A stretch of 64,000 nucleotides of DNA from NCBI GenBank assembly GCA_002633005.1, contig NMRA01000001.1, positions 3,641,695 through 3,705,694 on the forward strand, read 5' to 3'. The stretch is from Phoronis australis (lineage: Eukaryota > Animalia > Phoronida). Position 1 is the stretch's first letter. Every line of letters begins with the position of its first letter. The notes under the pieces were generated by a model. That model was not told the origin of the DNA, ran no database searches, and saw only the letters and a program-made list of their open reading frames with translations. This document shows positions 48,663 to 61,100 of the stretch, one piece after another. Both the position numbers and the translations under genes were made by a program.

Positions 48663-51038
48663 ACAGACCTGATGATGACCAGTGTTGCTAAGATGGGATA
48701 TCTTCGAAAGAGTGATTTTGCAGAATATTGGGTGAACGAGTACTCGGGGGCAGATCCTGCAATTTTGCTGGTGCTCAAAGTAGTTTCATGTAAGCTTCAT
48801 TATCCACACATTTCTTCACTGATGTGGAATGATGGAGCACCCAAGCAGCCCTGGATCTGCCCATGGTATGGAGAAAAAAGTGATCTACAGGTTGCCTCAA
48901 CCGTAAAAGGACTGGACTTGTGATTGCAGAATGGACAAGGATACAAAAAACAATACGAAGAAGCAAATGCAAACATTGTACTCTGCTTAGTCGGACAGAA
49001 CTGTGTGTGCTGCTCAATTCACATATAATATTTTGTTGAATGAGTGGTTGCTGCTACTATTTCTAAAAAATATTCGTGTACTGCACTTTAAGTGTTCAAA
49101 GACTAGCGGCCACTGAATAACACTCGCTTTGCATGTGCCATTGGTAGAAATGGCTTTTGTTGTCACGACAACAGTGAATGAATTCACACAAGATTTGTTT
49201 ATGGTTTTATGTCAGAGAACTGAACATGCAAAGCATGCAGCTCTCAATTAAAAGCGACTTCAATTTAAGTGAGGCTGTGCTCTGATATTTTATGAGTGTT
49301 TTTCTGTCTGTAATTTTAGCTTTCATTAGTTACCAAAAGTTTGTGTTGCATTGCAATTGCTATGTTGATAGTGTTGGCCAGTAAACAAATTGTTTTTGTT
49401 GTTATTGTTATGATACAGTGTTAAGATGTTATTGGCCGTCATTCATTGTGGTACAAGGGAGATTAACGTTCTTAAAAAGGACATTAATTTTTGTGCCTGA
49501 AAAATGCAGTTTTGGAAGTTATTAGCTTTGACCAGAGCTTTAAGACAATAAAATCTGTATTGTTAATTTGATTTTACTACAAATCACCAGTTATGGCCAT
49601 TGTCTGTGGCCATTGACTTTACCATTAAAATACTCTTGCGATTTGTCTCACCATTAGAATGTTCAACGGCTACTTAAAATTACTTTTCTCTATGAGAATG
49701 TCCTTTTAAAATAAATTGCCATGTTTATACTAATTAGTGCACTGGTCCTACAGTTTCAGTTGGTTAGGACATGAAATGAGAACAAAATCATCAGATACAC
49801 TCTGGTTATTCAACAAAATCTAAGTTAGAATATTAGCTTCAACTTTTTGTGTGATCATGATAGCTTTGCTTCACCAGATTACAGCATGATAATACGATGA
49901 ATATAGTATGCTCAGATGTATTCTGTTATCTTTTGTGTGTTGTCTCCATCTGTACTTACATCACTGTTATTATCAAATAAATATTCCTAGTCTCCTTGCA
50001 AATCAGCTCAGACAGGCTCAATTTGGTGATGACCTCGAATTTTGTTTGGTTACCTGGTAAAAACCTAAGTCTTCACTCACACATCTCAGCATGCACTCTG
50101 CGTACTACAAGAAGTAAACAGATGGGGGTGGAAATCATTCGGCTGCAAAAATCGGAAGGGCCTGTCATGCATGGAAATGTGTGCCAATCTTTCATTTTGC
50201 AAGTGAGTCTGTTGCCAACTATGGGTCTCTGTTGGGGCCAGGACTTTTGCAACCATCGTATGAGGTTTCCTTGTTTTGGTGACTTCAGTCCCCATTTGGC
50301 GACCTGGTCATTTTACCGGGTTGCATTAGGCGAGTTGATTTTATGCTAAGCATAGAACTGTCAGATACAATGTACATGTTTATTTTGCAGGGTTCATCTT
50401 GAAAAAAATATTGTTTTGTAACTTTTGTAGTAAATATGAACAGTCCGAGTATTTAGTTGCAAGTTTCATTAAAGTCGTTTCTTGTAATGCTGGTTGTCAT
50501 TGATGAATCTATTGTAGTAAATTGTATTGTAATGTCTCACTGTAACTCCGGGTGAGCCTTAAATGTGCAAAATTACATCTTGACTTAATCATCTTGTTTT
50601 CTGTGGATCATCTCAGTGTACTCTTGTTATTGTGATATCCCACCTCCAGATGGAGCGGTGAGAAAGTGGCATCCATTTTCAACTTTTATTCGGAAAATAT
50701 TATTGACAATAATGATGTTAAGTCCGCTAAGTGCTGAAAGCGTATCCGAATATTCTGTCTTAAAGTACAAATACCTGTCAACATCAATTGTACAGGTCAT
50801 CTTAATTTTTCATTATTTGTGATGAATGCTAGTTTTATAGACCATCAAAACTAAATTTATTGCTGTTTGTAACGTTCAAAAATGTGCAAGCAGTTTAAGT
50901 ATTTGGAAGTTAGTTCGTCATTGAAATGTCAAAAATGTGTCAATCACATCATTTTATTTCAAATGTACAGCATGATTGTTGTGTAGATATCTGATTGACT
51001 TCATTGTGAATCTGTCATTTGAAAGTTGTTACGTTTTA

Positions 51039-51044
51039 AATAAA
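51039..51044 (+). terminator. Candidate polyadenylation signal of the HEAT gene
   Basis: AATAAA followed by GT-rich tgttgttgttgtgtg. An alternative AATAAA lies at 49976. Confidence 0.45.
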
Positions 51045-51308
51045 ACACACTAATTAAGGTGGACAAATTCATGTTGTTGTTGTGTGAAGCACAACCATCC
51101 AAGATCAGTTTGTAGGTTTATTTTTCATTTCACATGTGAAACTTTACTAATTGTTCAAATTTCATGGCAAACAATTTCTTCTTTGTATACACTATACACA
51201 TGAGGTTGCCCATTTCACATTAAGTGACAAACAACGACTTACTTGAGAATATCTCGACACTGTATTCATTATGAAGACTGTAATGGTGTAATTACAGTCA
51301 AACCACGT

Positions 51309-51548
51309 CACAATGAGTCTGGTTTGCAACATTCATGGTTTGCACACTTGTAGTAATGATAAAGTCTAAAAATTCCTTTCCAACAACACTGAGTACAGCT
51401 CAGTTTGGTTCAACAAACTTTAGAAAAGCGTCACAATATGTCTGGTTCATAACATTCAGCGTTTGCATGTTTGTAATGATCCATTTTAAAAATCCTTGTC
51501 TAACAGCACTGAGTACAGCTCAATTTGGTTCAACAAACTTTAGAAAAA
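51309..51548. repeat. ~120-bp tandem duplication in the presumed MRPL9 3' UTR
   Basis: cactgagtacagctca(g/a)tttggttcaacaaactttagaaaa occurs twice, 120 bp apart. Confidence 0.8.
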
Positions 51549-51748
51549 CTTGTGGGAGGTTCACTGTAATGTAATTGAATCTCTCTGAAATCTAACAACT
51601 TCAATCTACCTTCATAGCAACGGACCTTTCTTGTTAAGGTTGTGTTTTGTTTCTTCAATGGACGTACAGTTTATCTTCAGCAACAAAAAGTCTGCATTGG
51701 AACAATAAACTTCCTCATGTCTTCGCACCAGTCCAACTGTCTTCATTT

Positions 51749-54700
51749 TCACCTGTCATTGTTAGGTTTTGAAAATATCGTTGGACTAACAAACTGAGCA
51801 TTTTTCTCAGGATCTTTATAGAGTGGTTGAATAATTGTGTTGACATCGATTGCTTCCATATTGTTTACCTGCAATAAGAGGTATCTTAATATTAAACAAG
51901 ACATTTTCAAAGCACATTTTCACTTTATGTTCTATCCATTGAAACTGCATTGAATGCCCACATTTTACCACTAACCTCCAGTCTTGGAAATGATGAAATT
52001 GAGTTGAATGTATGAACGAAATGTGAGAGCATCACTATTTTCGTATAATTAACATCTTAAATCTTTGAATGATTGCACTACAAACCAATAACTATTTCTT
52101 GAATTTAACTCTCTTCTTTTGTGGAGGTTGAAAGGGACACTGGCCTACTTCTGACCCAAAGCAAACAAGTGAACAACAATTTTCCATGCTGTACTCAGCT
52201 TGTCAATTTTTGGAGGCAATGTAACTCGGTGTGTAATAGAATACTTTTGGGTATTAGAATAATGAGCAATGGACTACATTTGATGTAAAACAGTGAAAAG
52301 TATGTCTTCCCTATTCATGCATAGCATTGCAAGTAAATACCTCAGATGAGGTATGTCAGAATGTGGCAATTTGCGTGTAGTAACATTTAGCAAGCCAACT
52401 GAATAAAACAATAATAATTGTTAATGAAACGAGCAGTAATTTAGAAATACACTTCAACAACATCAAGGGGACAGATATTTGCCTCGATCTTTCTCTTCAC
52501 ATGATTGCAATGAGCCCAACAGCCACACAATGAGCAAATTGTTAAGGCAACCTGTTACATTGTAACAAGACAAAGAAAATGATGACATAATTATCAGAGG
52601 ATGGATTGCTTCAACTGCCACTCGCAACTGTGATTCATTGCAACAAGCTGCTCTTTATTAGTGAAAGTTACTCATCATGTCCGTGGAATACAACTGAAAT
52701 CTCGAACATCGCTTTGCTTCAGTGTTAACATTATTTAGGACTCAACTAGAGAAATATCCAAAAATGGCTAGCCTCAGAAATGACTGATCAGCTTTATTCT
52801 AAAACTTTCTCATACTATGCTTTACGCACTGTTCTCGGTCATGCTGGTAGCAATTATCTTTAAAGATTCTCCACTTTAGAATGAGGCTTATTAAAAAATA
52901 AGACTTTCATGGCTTTCATGAAAAAACTGTAACAGTGTTTTTGAGATTTCATTGAACATTTATACCAAATGAAATCTGGTCATGTTATTGATACCGTTGT
53001 TTGCTAAGAATCTACCTTTAGCTAAGTTTTAACAAAAGGACATGGTCACATGACCCAATTCATGGTGGATTGGCAAAACTTCAAAAATCAAATTCTAATG
53101 GCTGTCTAATTGTAGGAAATATTATGCTTTTAATGACAAAATTATAGCTTTGTAGACATATGGCTATAAACACAGACTTATCAATAAGGTCCCACATAAC
53201 CCTAACATAGTAATTATCTCCCTTAGTTTGAAAGTGTACTTACACTCACTCCCACTGTAAACTCAGAGGGCTCACATACTGGCTCTTCAGGTAATATTAT
53301 TGCTTCTTCAGGAACCTCTACACCCTGTGCGGAAAAAAGAATAAAATACGTAAATTAAACGTCAAATTAACTATAATAAGACGCATTTCTCAGAACATGA
53401 CTGACAGTCACCGAGCTTTCTCGTTTATCTAATGCCCTTCTTCAGTGGTCACAAACCATGAAATACTCAATGTACAGCTTATGACAGTTAGGAATGATTA
53501 ATGCATCAATTGAGATTACATGCACATTCCATCACATTGCGATGGTGACAAATCTCCAAACATTTCATACCACACATCGATATGAGGTGCCTACCAGTTT
53601 CCTGAATGCTATGCGAATATGACTTCTGTTGATTTCCCATGGTATTTCAGCATTCATTGGTACAACCAAGTTCATTCCTCTCAGCCTTCTGATGGTCTAC
53701 AAATTAAAGAGACATTTTGAGGTATAAAAACTTACAACTGCTACACACCCAGGATCAAGTAATAACCACAGCTCCAACAGGTGGTCAAGGAGGGAACTAC
53801 ACAGGCATGCTTTATGTGCAGAAATGTTGACATCTTCCATGGCTGACCTGTTGAGTTTTGGTAGTTATGTGTAGTCAGATTTACTCAAGTTCAGAAATGA
53901 CTTCTAAACCATGGAAAGGAATAATTGCAAAACCTATTTTAGAGTGTATTAAAAGTTAGCGATTTTAAAGTTCGAAATGTCCAGCATCTCTAAGTAACCA
54001 TGGTAAAGATATTCAGTTCAGGATAGCTTAAAAAAATTGGCTCATTCCAAAATTCAATCAGACTTTGAATTATTTTGATTCTGAACATTGGGATATGGGA
54101 AATTTTGACTTTTTTCAAATTTCTAAGATATCTGAAATTATGTCCTGTGTTCAAGAGTTTAAAAAAAAGACTTGACAGTTAAAATGGTCAAAATAGACCC
54201 TAAGGCAACGTTTTCATGAGTACAGTTTAACATCGAGGTGAATGTCCTTGATAGCAATCCTTGTTAAAATTTGGCACAAGCTCAAACCTTCAAAAAATCT
54301 ACTTCTTTTGCACTGTGTCTCAAACTGGAGAATGTTTACTGTAGTAATTCTAAAAACAGAATCAAGACCTTTTTAAACATCACTGTCACATGCTTTTTAA
54401 ACATGGCTGGGCATTAACCTGAACAAGAACGTTAACCCCAACAAATAAATAAATAAAATGTGAATAAATCAATATCTTCACTATATATACCTGTCCTAGG
54501 TGTGACCATTACCTTCAGCGTGAACGGCGACATCTTTGGTCTCTTCTCAGCACCACTCCTCCTCTGTTCCCTCTCTAACTCTTCCAGGTTTTCAGGAGAT
54601 GCGTACACAGCCATGTTGGCAGGAAATAACTGTCTGCGCACTATCTTTGCTTTAACATTCACTACATCTCCCCTATCACCGATGCCTGCAGAGATCAAGA

Positions 54701-56319
54701 CAGTCACTAGCAATATACATTCATTGAGACCACATCCTTTGGAGGACAGTATAATTTTTCTAAAACTTCCCAAGTCATATGTTTTACTGCCATACTCAGC
54801 ATGATTGCTAACAGCAGGTTATCAGGCAACAAATACGTTTTGGGCATCTCGGTAGGGTTACTGAATGGTGACCCACTATATGCAGGTGTGAATCAATGTG
54901 TTTATAATCATTAACAGTTTAGGCNGTCTAATTACCTGCCTCCATGTTTTTGCTTTATTTCCCAAACACAGAAGCTTTCGGATACTATGCTTTAGGAGCT
55001 ATTTTCCAATAAGGTGTTAGAAATTTTTTCAAATGCTCCACGTTAGGATGAAGGGCTATCGAAAATAAGACTTTTATGATTTTCAAGAAAAAGTCAAAAA
55101 GTTGCAAAAAATAAAAAAAAATAGAAAATGAATGTAGAAAACTGTAACAACACTTTTGAGATTTCATCTTGAACACTTGCATCAAATGAAATTAGGTCAC
55201 GTTATTGATGCCGTTGTTTTGCTATTAATGCAACTCTCATTTTTCCTGTCACCAAAAAGACATGATCACGTTTTAACCAAATTATTGACAGATTATTAAA
55301 AAGACAAGAATCAAAATTCTAGAGTGACTCTAGTCTTTGGCTAAAGCATGTTTTTAAAATATAACATATTTTATCCTCTACAAAATTAACAAAGTTGATT
55401 AATATCATTATCATTATCATTATTATTACTGCGCAGCTGGAGTGTGACAAAAATCCATCTTGCTTCTTATCAAGCATAAAGGTATTGTGTTCAGTGACGT
55501 TTACTCATTCTACAAATCAAACCCGGGACCGATACCTTCAACATATTCTGTTAAGATGACTTTAATAGGCGGAGCTTTCTCGAGGTTTTTATTGACCACC
55601 ACTTCATAGATCTTGTTCCGCTGTCGAATGCGGGGAAATTTGTGTTCTTTAGTTAAACCCAATTCCTTTGTGCGACGAACTATCACGGTGGTCTGAAAGA
55701 GACATTACGGTTTACCTAAAGATGCTACTATTACTATTACTATAAAACAAATAATTCAATCAGTTTGCTGAATTTAAAACAAAAACAGAATGTATTTACG
55801 TATTCAATGCTTGCTTAAACTGTCATTAAACCCGCGTTGAAGAAATGACAAATGTCAGGCCTTCCTGAACCCAGAGATGACTTTGAAACCGAGTAAGGAA
55901 CAAGATAAGAACAATTCTAAAACCTCCTGTGGCCTAAACAAAACTCTTTCTAGACTGAAAGTACAGGTTTTGAATGCTGCTTTAATCACATCATATTTGG
56001 ATTGACTATGTCCAGGAATAGGCATACAGTCAAAACACTTAGTGTATGACCTATCAACAATCACCTGTGCTTGCATAACATGGCAAGCTCAACAACTTCA
56101 AACTTCAGATAACTGTATGAGAGATAAGCAAAAACTCAAATTGTACACAATGCAACCAATCAAACAGTTCAAGAGCTAAGTAATTACAGTGACAGCTAAT
56201 TTCTCTCATTAAAGCTAACTTACCCGAATTTGCTGCAAGCTGAAAGCTGGAGGTTGAACCAAAAGACATCCTTTTTGAGCAGTGGAACAAAGCAGACCTC
56301 TAGCAAGGTTTAATGCCAT
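51749..56319 (-). CDS. MRPL9: Mitochondrial large-subunit ribosomal protein bL9m (39S L9), 242 aa
   Basis: Coding exons 56319-56224, 55692-55536, 54685-54513, 53696-53595, 53324-53244, 51868-51749. L9 N-domain motif KVILTEYVEGIGDRGDVVNVK...RRQLFPANMAVYASPEN. N-terminus MALNLARGLL...QQIR resembles a mitochondrial presequence. Confidence 0.92.
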
Positions 56320-56464
56320 CTCAACACATGGAACCCGATTCACTAAAAGAAAACAGAACCCGAGTCGGTGAAGATTCACTTTTGAGCAGAAAAGAAATAA
56401 TCAGGGCATACGGCAAGAGGAGTGCTCCCTGGAAAATGGCCCGTGTTGGAGATAGTCTTCATAC

Positions 56465-56837
56465 AGCTAGCTGGCTGGCTAATCGGTAACCTTGGTGCAA
56501 AGCCGTATAGTAAATCTTTGCGACGATGAGGGTAAAAATGGCCAAATAAAATCTGAAACACAATTAGCACTAGTCATAAAGAACTACACTCTTCCTTGAG
56601 CCAACTAAATTATTTATCGGTGTTATCAGGGTCCATTTATTGTATCCAACTAAAGCCTCTAGTCGGATACACAATATGGTAGAGGCGAGCCAAGTAATTT
56701 AGTTTACTTAAGATAGAATGTAGATTTTAATGACACTAATTTTGTGTCAGATTTTATTTGCCCAATCTTTTTCCCACATCGGCATATTAGCCTATATTAT
56801 TTAGTATACAACTTTGCACCAAGGTTAGGTGGCTGGC
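56465..56837. repeat. ~370-bp imperfect palindrome (MITE-like) in MRPL9 intron 1
   Basis: aaccttggtgcaaag/ctttgcaccaaggtt and aaataaaatctgaaacacaa/ttgtgtcagattttattt pair around a centre tgtatccaacta..tagtcggataca. Confidence 0.7.
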
Positions 56838-57772
56838 TAGGCAATGACCATCACCTCTGTTGGCCTGACCAGAGGTGATGCAGCTCCTATAGGTGCTCCA
56901 TACGCCGGAAGCTTTTCGGCTAATTATGCCTCGCACCGACTAAGACATCAAAGTCACGTTGTTATAAATACCTTTTGCGCATAGAGGAACACCTTAGGAG
57001 GTTGTCGATGTGTTTAATTCCTTCCAACTCGAACAAATACTCCTGTTATCAAACTTTTACTTCGAGCAGTCCCTATTTCAGTTCCCAAAATCGTGAACTC
57101 ACCATTTGTATACTGCGCAATTTTTACTGCGCTGGCTAGGTGATGTGACTTCATGACCTCAATCTTTAAATAGGCCAAAGGTGAGCCATTGCGGTCTTGT
57201 CAGTCAAATGTTCATTTCCAAAATGCCACCACTACTGGTCTTTAATTGGCATTACTTGAAACTGATTGTATTCCAATGAATTATTGTTTGTATTTGATAA
57301 AAATAAATGCTGTTGATATGACATTTAATAGTCTTTGTGCACATATTTGACACTTTAATGTTCCCGGCAGCATGTACGCAGAGGGCAGGGACTTCAGCTT
57401 TCAAAAGTTCGCCAGTAGGACCGCAACTTCTGAACTTCGGCCTGGTTAAAAGAATGAGGTCATATCTCCTGGCGTGCACCGCGTGAAAATGGTGAGTTCA
57501 CAATTTTTGGAACTGAAATAGGGACTGCTCGAAGAAAAAGTTTGATAACTGGAGTATTTGTTCGAGTTGGAAGGAATTAAACACATCGAAAACCTTCTAA
57601 GGTGTTTTTCTATGTGCACAAGGTGTTTATATCAACGTGACTTTGATGTTTTAGTCGGTGCGAAGTATAATTCGCCGGGAGCTTTTCGGCCTCCGGCGTA
57701 TGGAGCGCCTATACGAGCTGCATCGCCTCTGCTCTGGTCGGGCCAACAGAGGCAATGGATGGTCATTGCCTA
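56838..57772. mobile_element. Non-autonomous DNA transposon with ~270-bp TIRs (TAG...CTA termini) in MRPL9 intron 1
   Basis: 56838-57107 is a close reverse complement of 57487-57772. Confidence 0.85.
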
Positions 57773-57946
57773 CAGTAGTGGCTGTCGGTGCTAACGTTTT
57801 TTATAATATTTTCCATGCCGATAAGCAAAATAGTATCTTGATTCAAAACTGAGGTAAAGTGGTCTGGATATCTGCGCACAAAAAAAGAAAACAACATCGA
57901 TTAAACGCACTCGAACTCCCAAAAATCTTAAAAAGCGTACTCTTAC

Positions 57947-57990
57947 CTCTGTCAAGGGCGCCGCCATTAAAATTTCCTCATCTTCCAATA
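57947..57990 (-). other. MRPL9: Probable 5' first exon of MRPL9 (5' boundary approximate)
   Basis: Strong GAG|GTAAG donor at 57947/57946 and an ATGGCGGC (YY1-like) motif. Would splice to the ttttag acceptor at 56342. Confidence 0.55.
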
Positions 57991-58188
57991 TAGGTTTTTA
58001 AAAGAAATGTTCTATTTGAGTTTTTTGCAAGTTATAGAAATAACTAAATACAAATTAAAACCAAATAGATATATTTTACTGTTATAAATTATAAAATATT
58101 GTTAATAATTGGTCTTGTAGAACTCAACAGGAAAACGCATTTACTTATATTTTGGAGCATCATTTACCAGGAACCACCTTGAAAGAAG
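57968..58188. promoter_or_regulatory. Putative bidirectional promoter for MRPL9 and COMMD4
   Basis: About 220 bp of very AT-rich DNA between the divergently oriented first exons. Confidence 0.6.
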
Positions 58189-61100
58189 ATGGTAAGTGTT
58201 GCTCGTTTGTAATTTGTATTTGTTGATTTTGTACTGGGAGCTAACATATGTGAGCGGGAAATTTCACTCCAGTTCAGGACTATTTACTCATGTAGTGCTT
58301 GAATGGTAAAATAGCTAAGTAGCTTAAGTAATGATGCTTAGAGGACAACAGCGCTTTTGCTGGGGCACATTTACTTTGGTCAGCTGGGTGTTTGCTGCTC
58401 TTGGAGAAGTGCACGCCCACTGGCGGATCTAGAATATTGTAAGAGGGGGCCTCAGTAAAATATAAAGGTGGAATACTGACAAGTTAAATCTTTGTCCTGT
58501 TCATTTGACAAAATTTTTTGGTATTTAAGCAGTTATCACCTCAGCTGCCTTTTGCTTTGTGCACAGTTCTTTGCTTCAGTTTTCTTCCTTTATGTGATTC
58601 ATTTGAAAGATTGTGTTTATAGGCATTTGAAAATTTCAGCAATAAATTATTGTATTTTGTTTTGCAGAGGTTCAGATTCTGTGGAGATCTCGATTGCCCA
58701 GACTGGGTATTGGCTGAAATCAGTACGCTGTCGAAAGTCGTAAGTTTTGGAATTGTACCTACTGCAAATATTATTTTTGTGCTTTGTTACCATGCAGTCT
58801 TGCAATCATCCTTATGGTTGTTAAATTTGAAAGTACGGTTAACAGATAAATGGACATCAATGTTTGTCATTATAAACGGAAAAATACATACATCATCCTT
58901 AAGATTCAAGTCATTTACCTGGCAACCTTATCCCAGTTGTTGTGAATAACGCATGTACACTCTTGAATGTATTGGTCAATATTGACTTGGGAAAGGATAT
59001 ATTTAGTGGTAATTCAATATCAAAATATATTTCTCTATTCTGTGCAAGTGAAAACAGTGTCAGACTTATGTAATAGTCAGTCCCAGGGGTCCCACATTTT
59101 GAGAATCGATCTTCACTAAATCATGGGAAACAACCTAATTCTCAAAATCTTGGCCCCTTTAAGTGACTATTGCTGCAAAACGTTTTTAACCAACATTTCA
59201 TTATTTTTAGTTCTAACGAGTTATTCACATCAAACACATTGGTTTTCTTTCAGACCTCTGTCAAAATGAAGCTGCTCTGCGTACAAGTTATAAAAAATTT
59301 ACTAGGAGACCAGATCGACGTAAGTTATTGACGTGAAGTCTTTCCTGTTGTGAATTTATTCACATACGTTTTTGTCCTGCAGAACTCTAAAATGGGTAAT
59401 GACAAGATGAGATGTTTCTGAAGAATTTTGCAAAATATATCCATCACATGTTGTTTTTTATTACTAGTAAATATGGGTGTGTTGTATGGTTTTAATCTTG
59501 TTAATCTGATTGAGTTATTTTTTGAATCTGTGTATCATCTACTAGATATTATAAATTAGTTTTATTTTTCAGTATGATAAAGTAAACAAGTTGACAGCTG
59601 ATGCTAAATTCGGTAAGTAAATTGAATCAAAATCCTTTTCTATTCCAAACTCAAAATTACTTGCTCTTTAAGAGAGTCATAAATGTTACCATTTGTCCGA
59701 GACTATTATACATGATTTTTCCCTGTTATACACAACTACTAGTCACAATATGGGTTGATTGCATTTCAATGACTGCTTCTGTGGCTAGATTCTCTTGTGT
59801 AATTCGAGGTATTTTAGTTTGAACTTCATTGGTGAGTCTTTATCTTGACTGTTTGAGTGAATATGTCGCAGTGTAAAATAGTGAATTTTGTCATTTCTTC
59901 AGATTGTTGAACTTATCTTATAGACGTAGTCAGTAACGTTAGTCATATGCAGATTTCTTCATCTTCTGTGTAACTCATGTTACTAATCATCTTGGCATGT
60001 CTCATTTAAATTTTATCTCCCTCATGCCTTTGACAATGTCCTGAGCTTTAAAACAAAGGTACCCATTCATAACTTTGGCATTGTGGGTCTATTTTGTCCA
60101 CCGTCATTAAAGCATCATAGTTGATATTTAAGCTTGCCTATCTTTATTTATCTAGGTTTTAAATTATAAGTTTGACACTGCACCTATTGCAGAACTTATC
60201 TCTGTCTGAAATATAATTTACATATGAATTTACAACTTTGAAACAGCTTAATTTCCTGTGCACAATTTCCGTCGATTTCCATTGTTAATAGCTGACCACA
60301 GTAAAGTGGTGAACCCCTGAATGCAGTTAGCCCTATTCAGACATTGGCCGAAGTGTTGTAACCTGCACTTTCAGCAACATTTTTCAAAATCTATTTCAAT
60401 GTAGAAATATGGCATGTAATAGTTTCTATATTTTGACCTTTCTTCAATTTCCTTTCGACTGCATGGAGTTAGTGATTGGCATTGTAAAGGTAACTTGCCA
60501 TAGCTTTACGATCAGATGTTAAAACACCCGTTCAAAATTGATTCTAGAATCCTGTCTTATTACGCATATACAACTTTAAAAAAACAAAAATACTGTCTGA
60601 AAATTCTTGATGTTTTAAGTGAGCATTTTGAATTGGATATTTTAGTATAATATAGTGTTAATAGAGAAATGGTTGTGTCTCTGGTTCATTACATAAAAGC
60701 ATGTCCAGCCATCGACGGTGGATTCTGGGTCCTACAAAAACTATATTGAGAAGCTCATCACAAGAAAACGCTAAACTGGGCTTGTGTATTTGTTTTGAAC
60801 AGAGTCTGGAGATGTCAAAGCCAGTATTGCTGCCCTATCGTTCATCCTGTCAAGTGCAGCCAAGTATGATGTTGATGGCGACTCTCTGTCTAACGAGCTA
60901 CAGCAGCTGGGTCTACCCAAAGGTAAGTGACCAATTACACCTGAGCAATAAATTTGAATTTTCCGACGTCATATTTGGCTCTCCTGCGCCAGAATTTGAA
61001 AATCAATTCTGCTGCAAATACAAACTCATGGGAGATAAATTCTTTGTTACGAAATGGGACTCCGTAGATGTTTGACATCAGTTCAGTGTACTGGTTACAA

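Noticed and set aside
56065-56112. Additional MRPL9 coding exon (AG...GT bounded, 48 nt)
   Set aside because: Contains two in-frame stops in the required phase, and 56224 splices cleanly to 55692. It could only be a poison exon, which the sequence alone cannot support.
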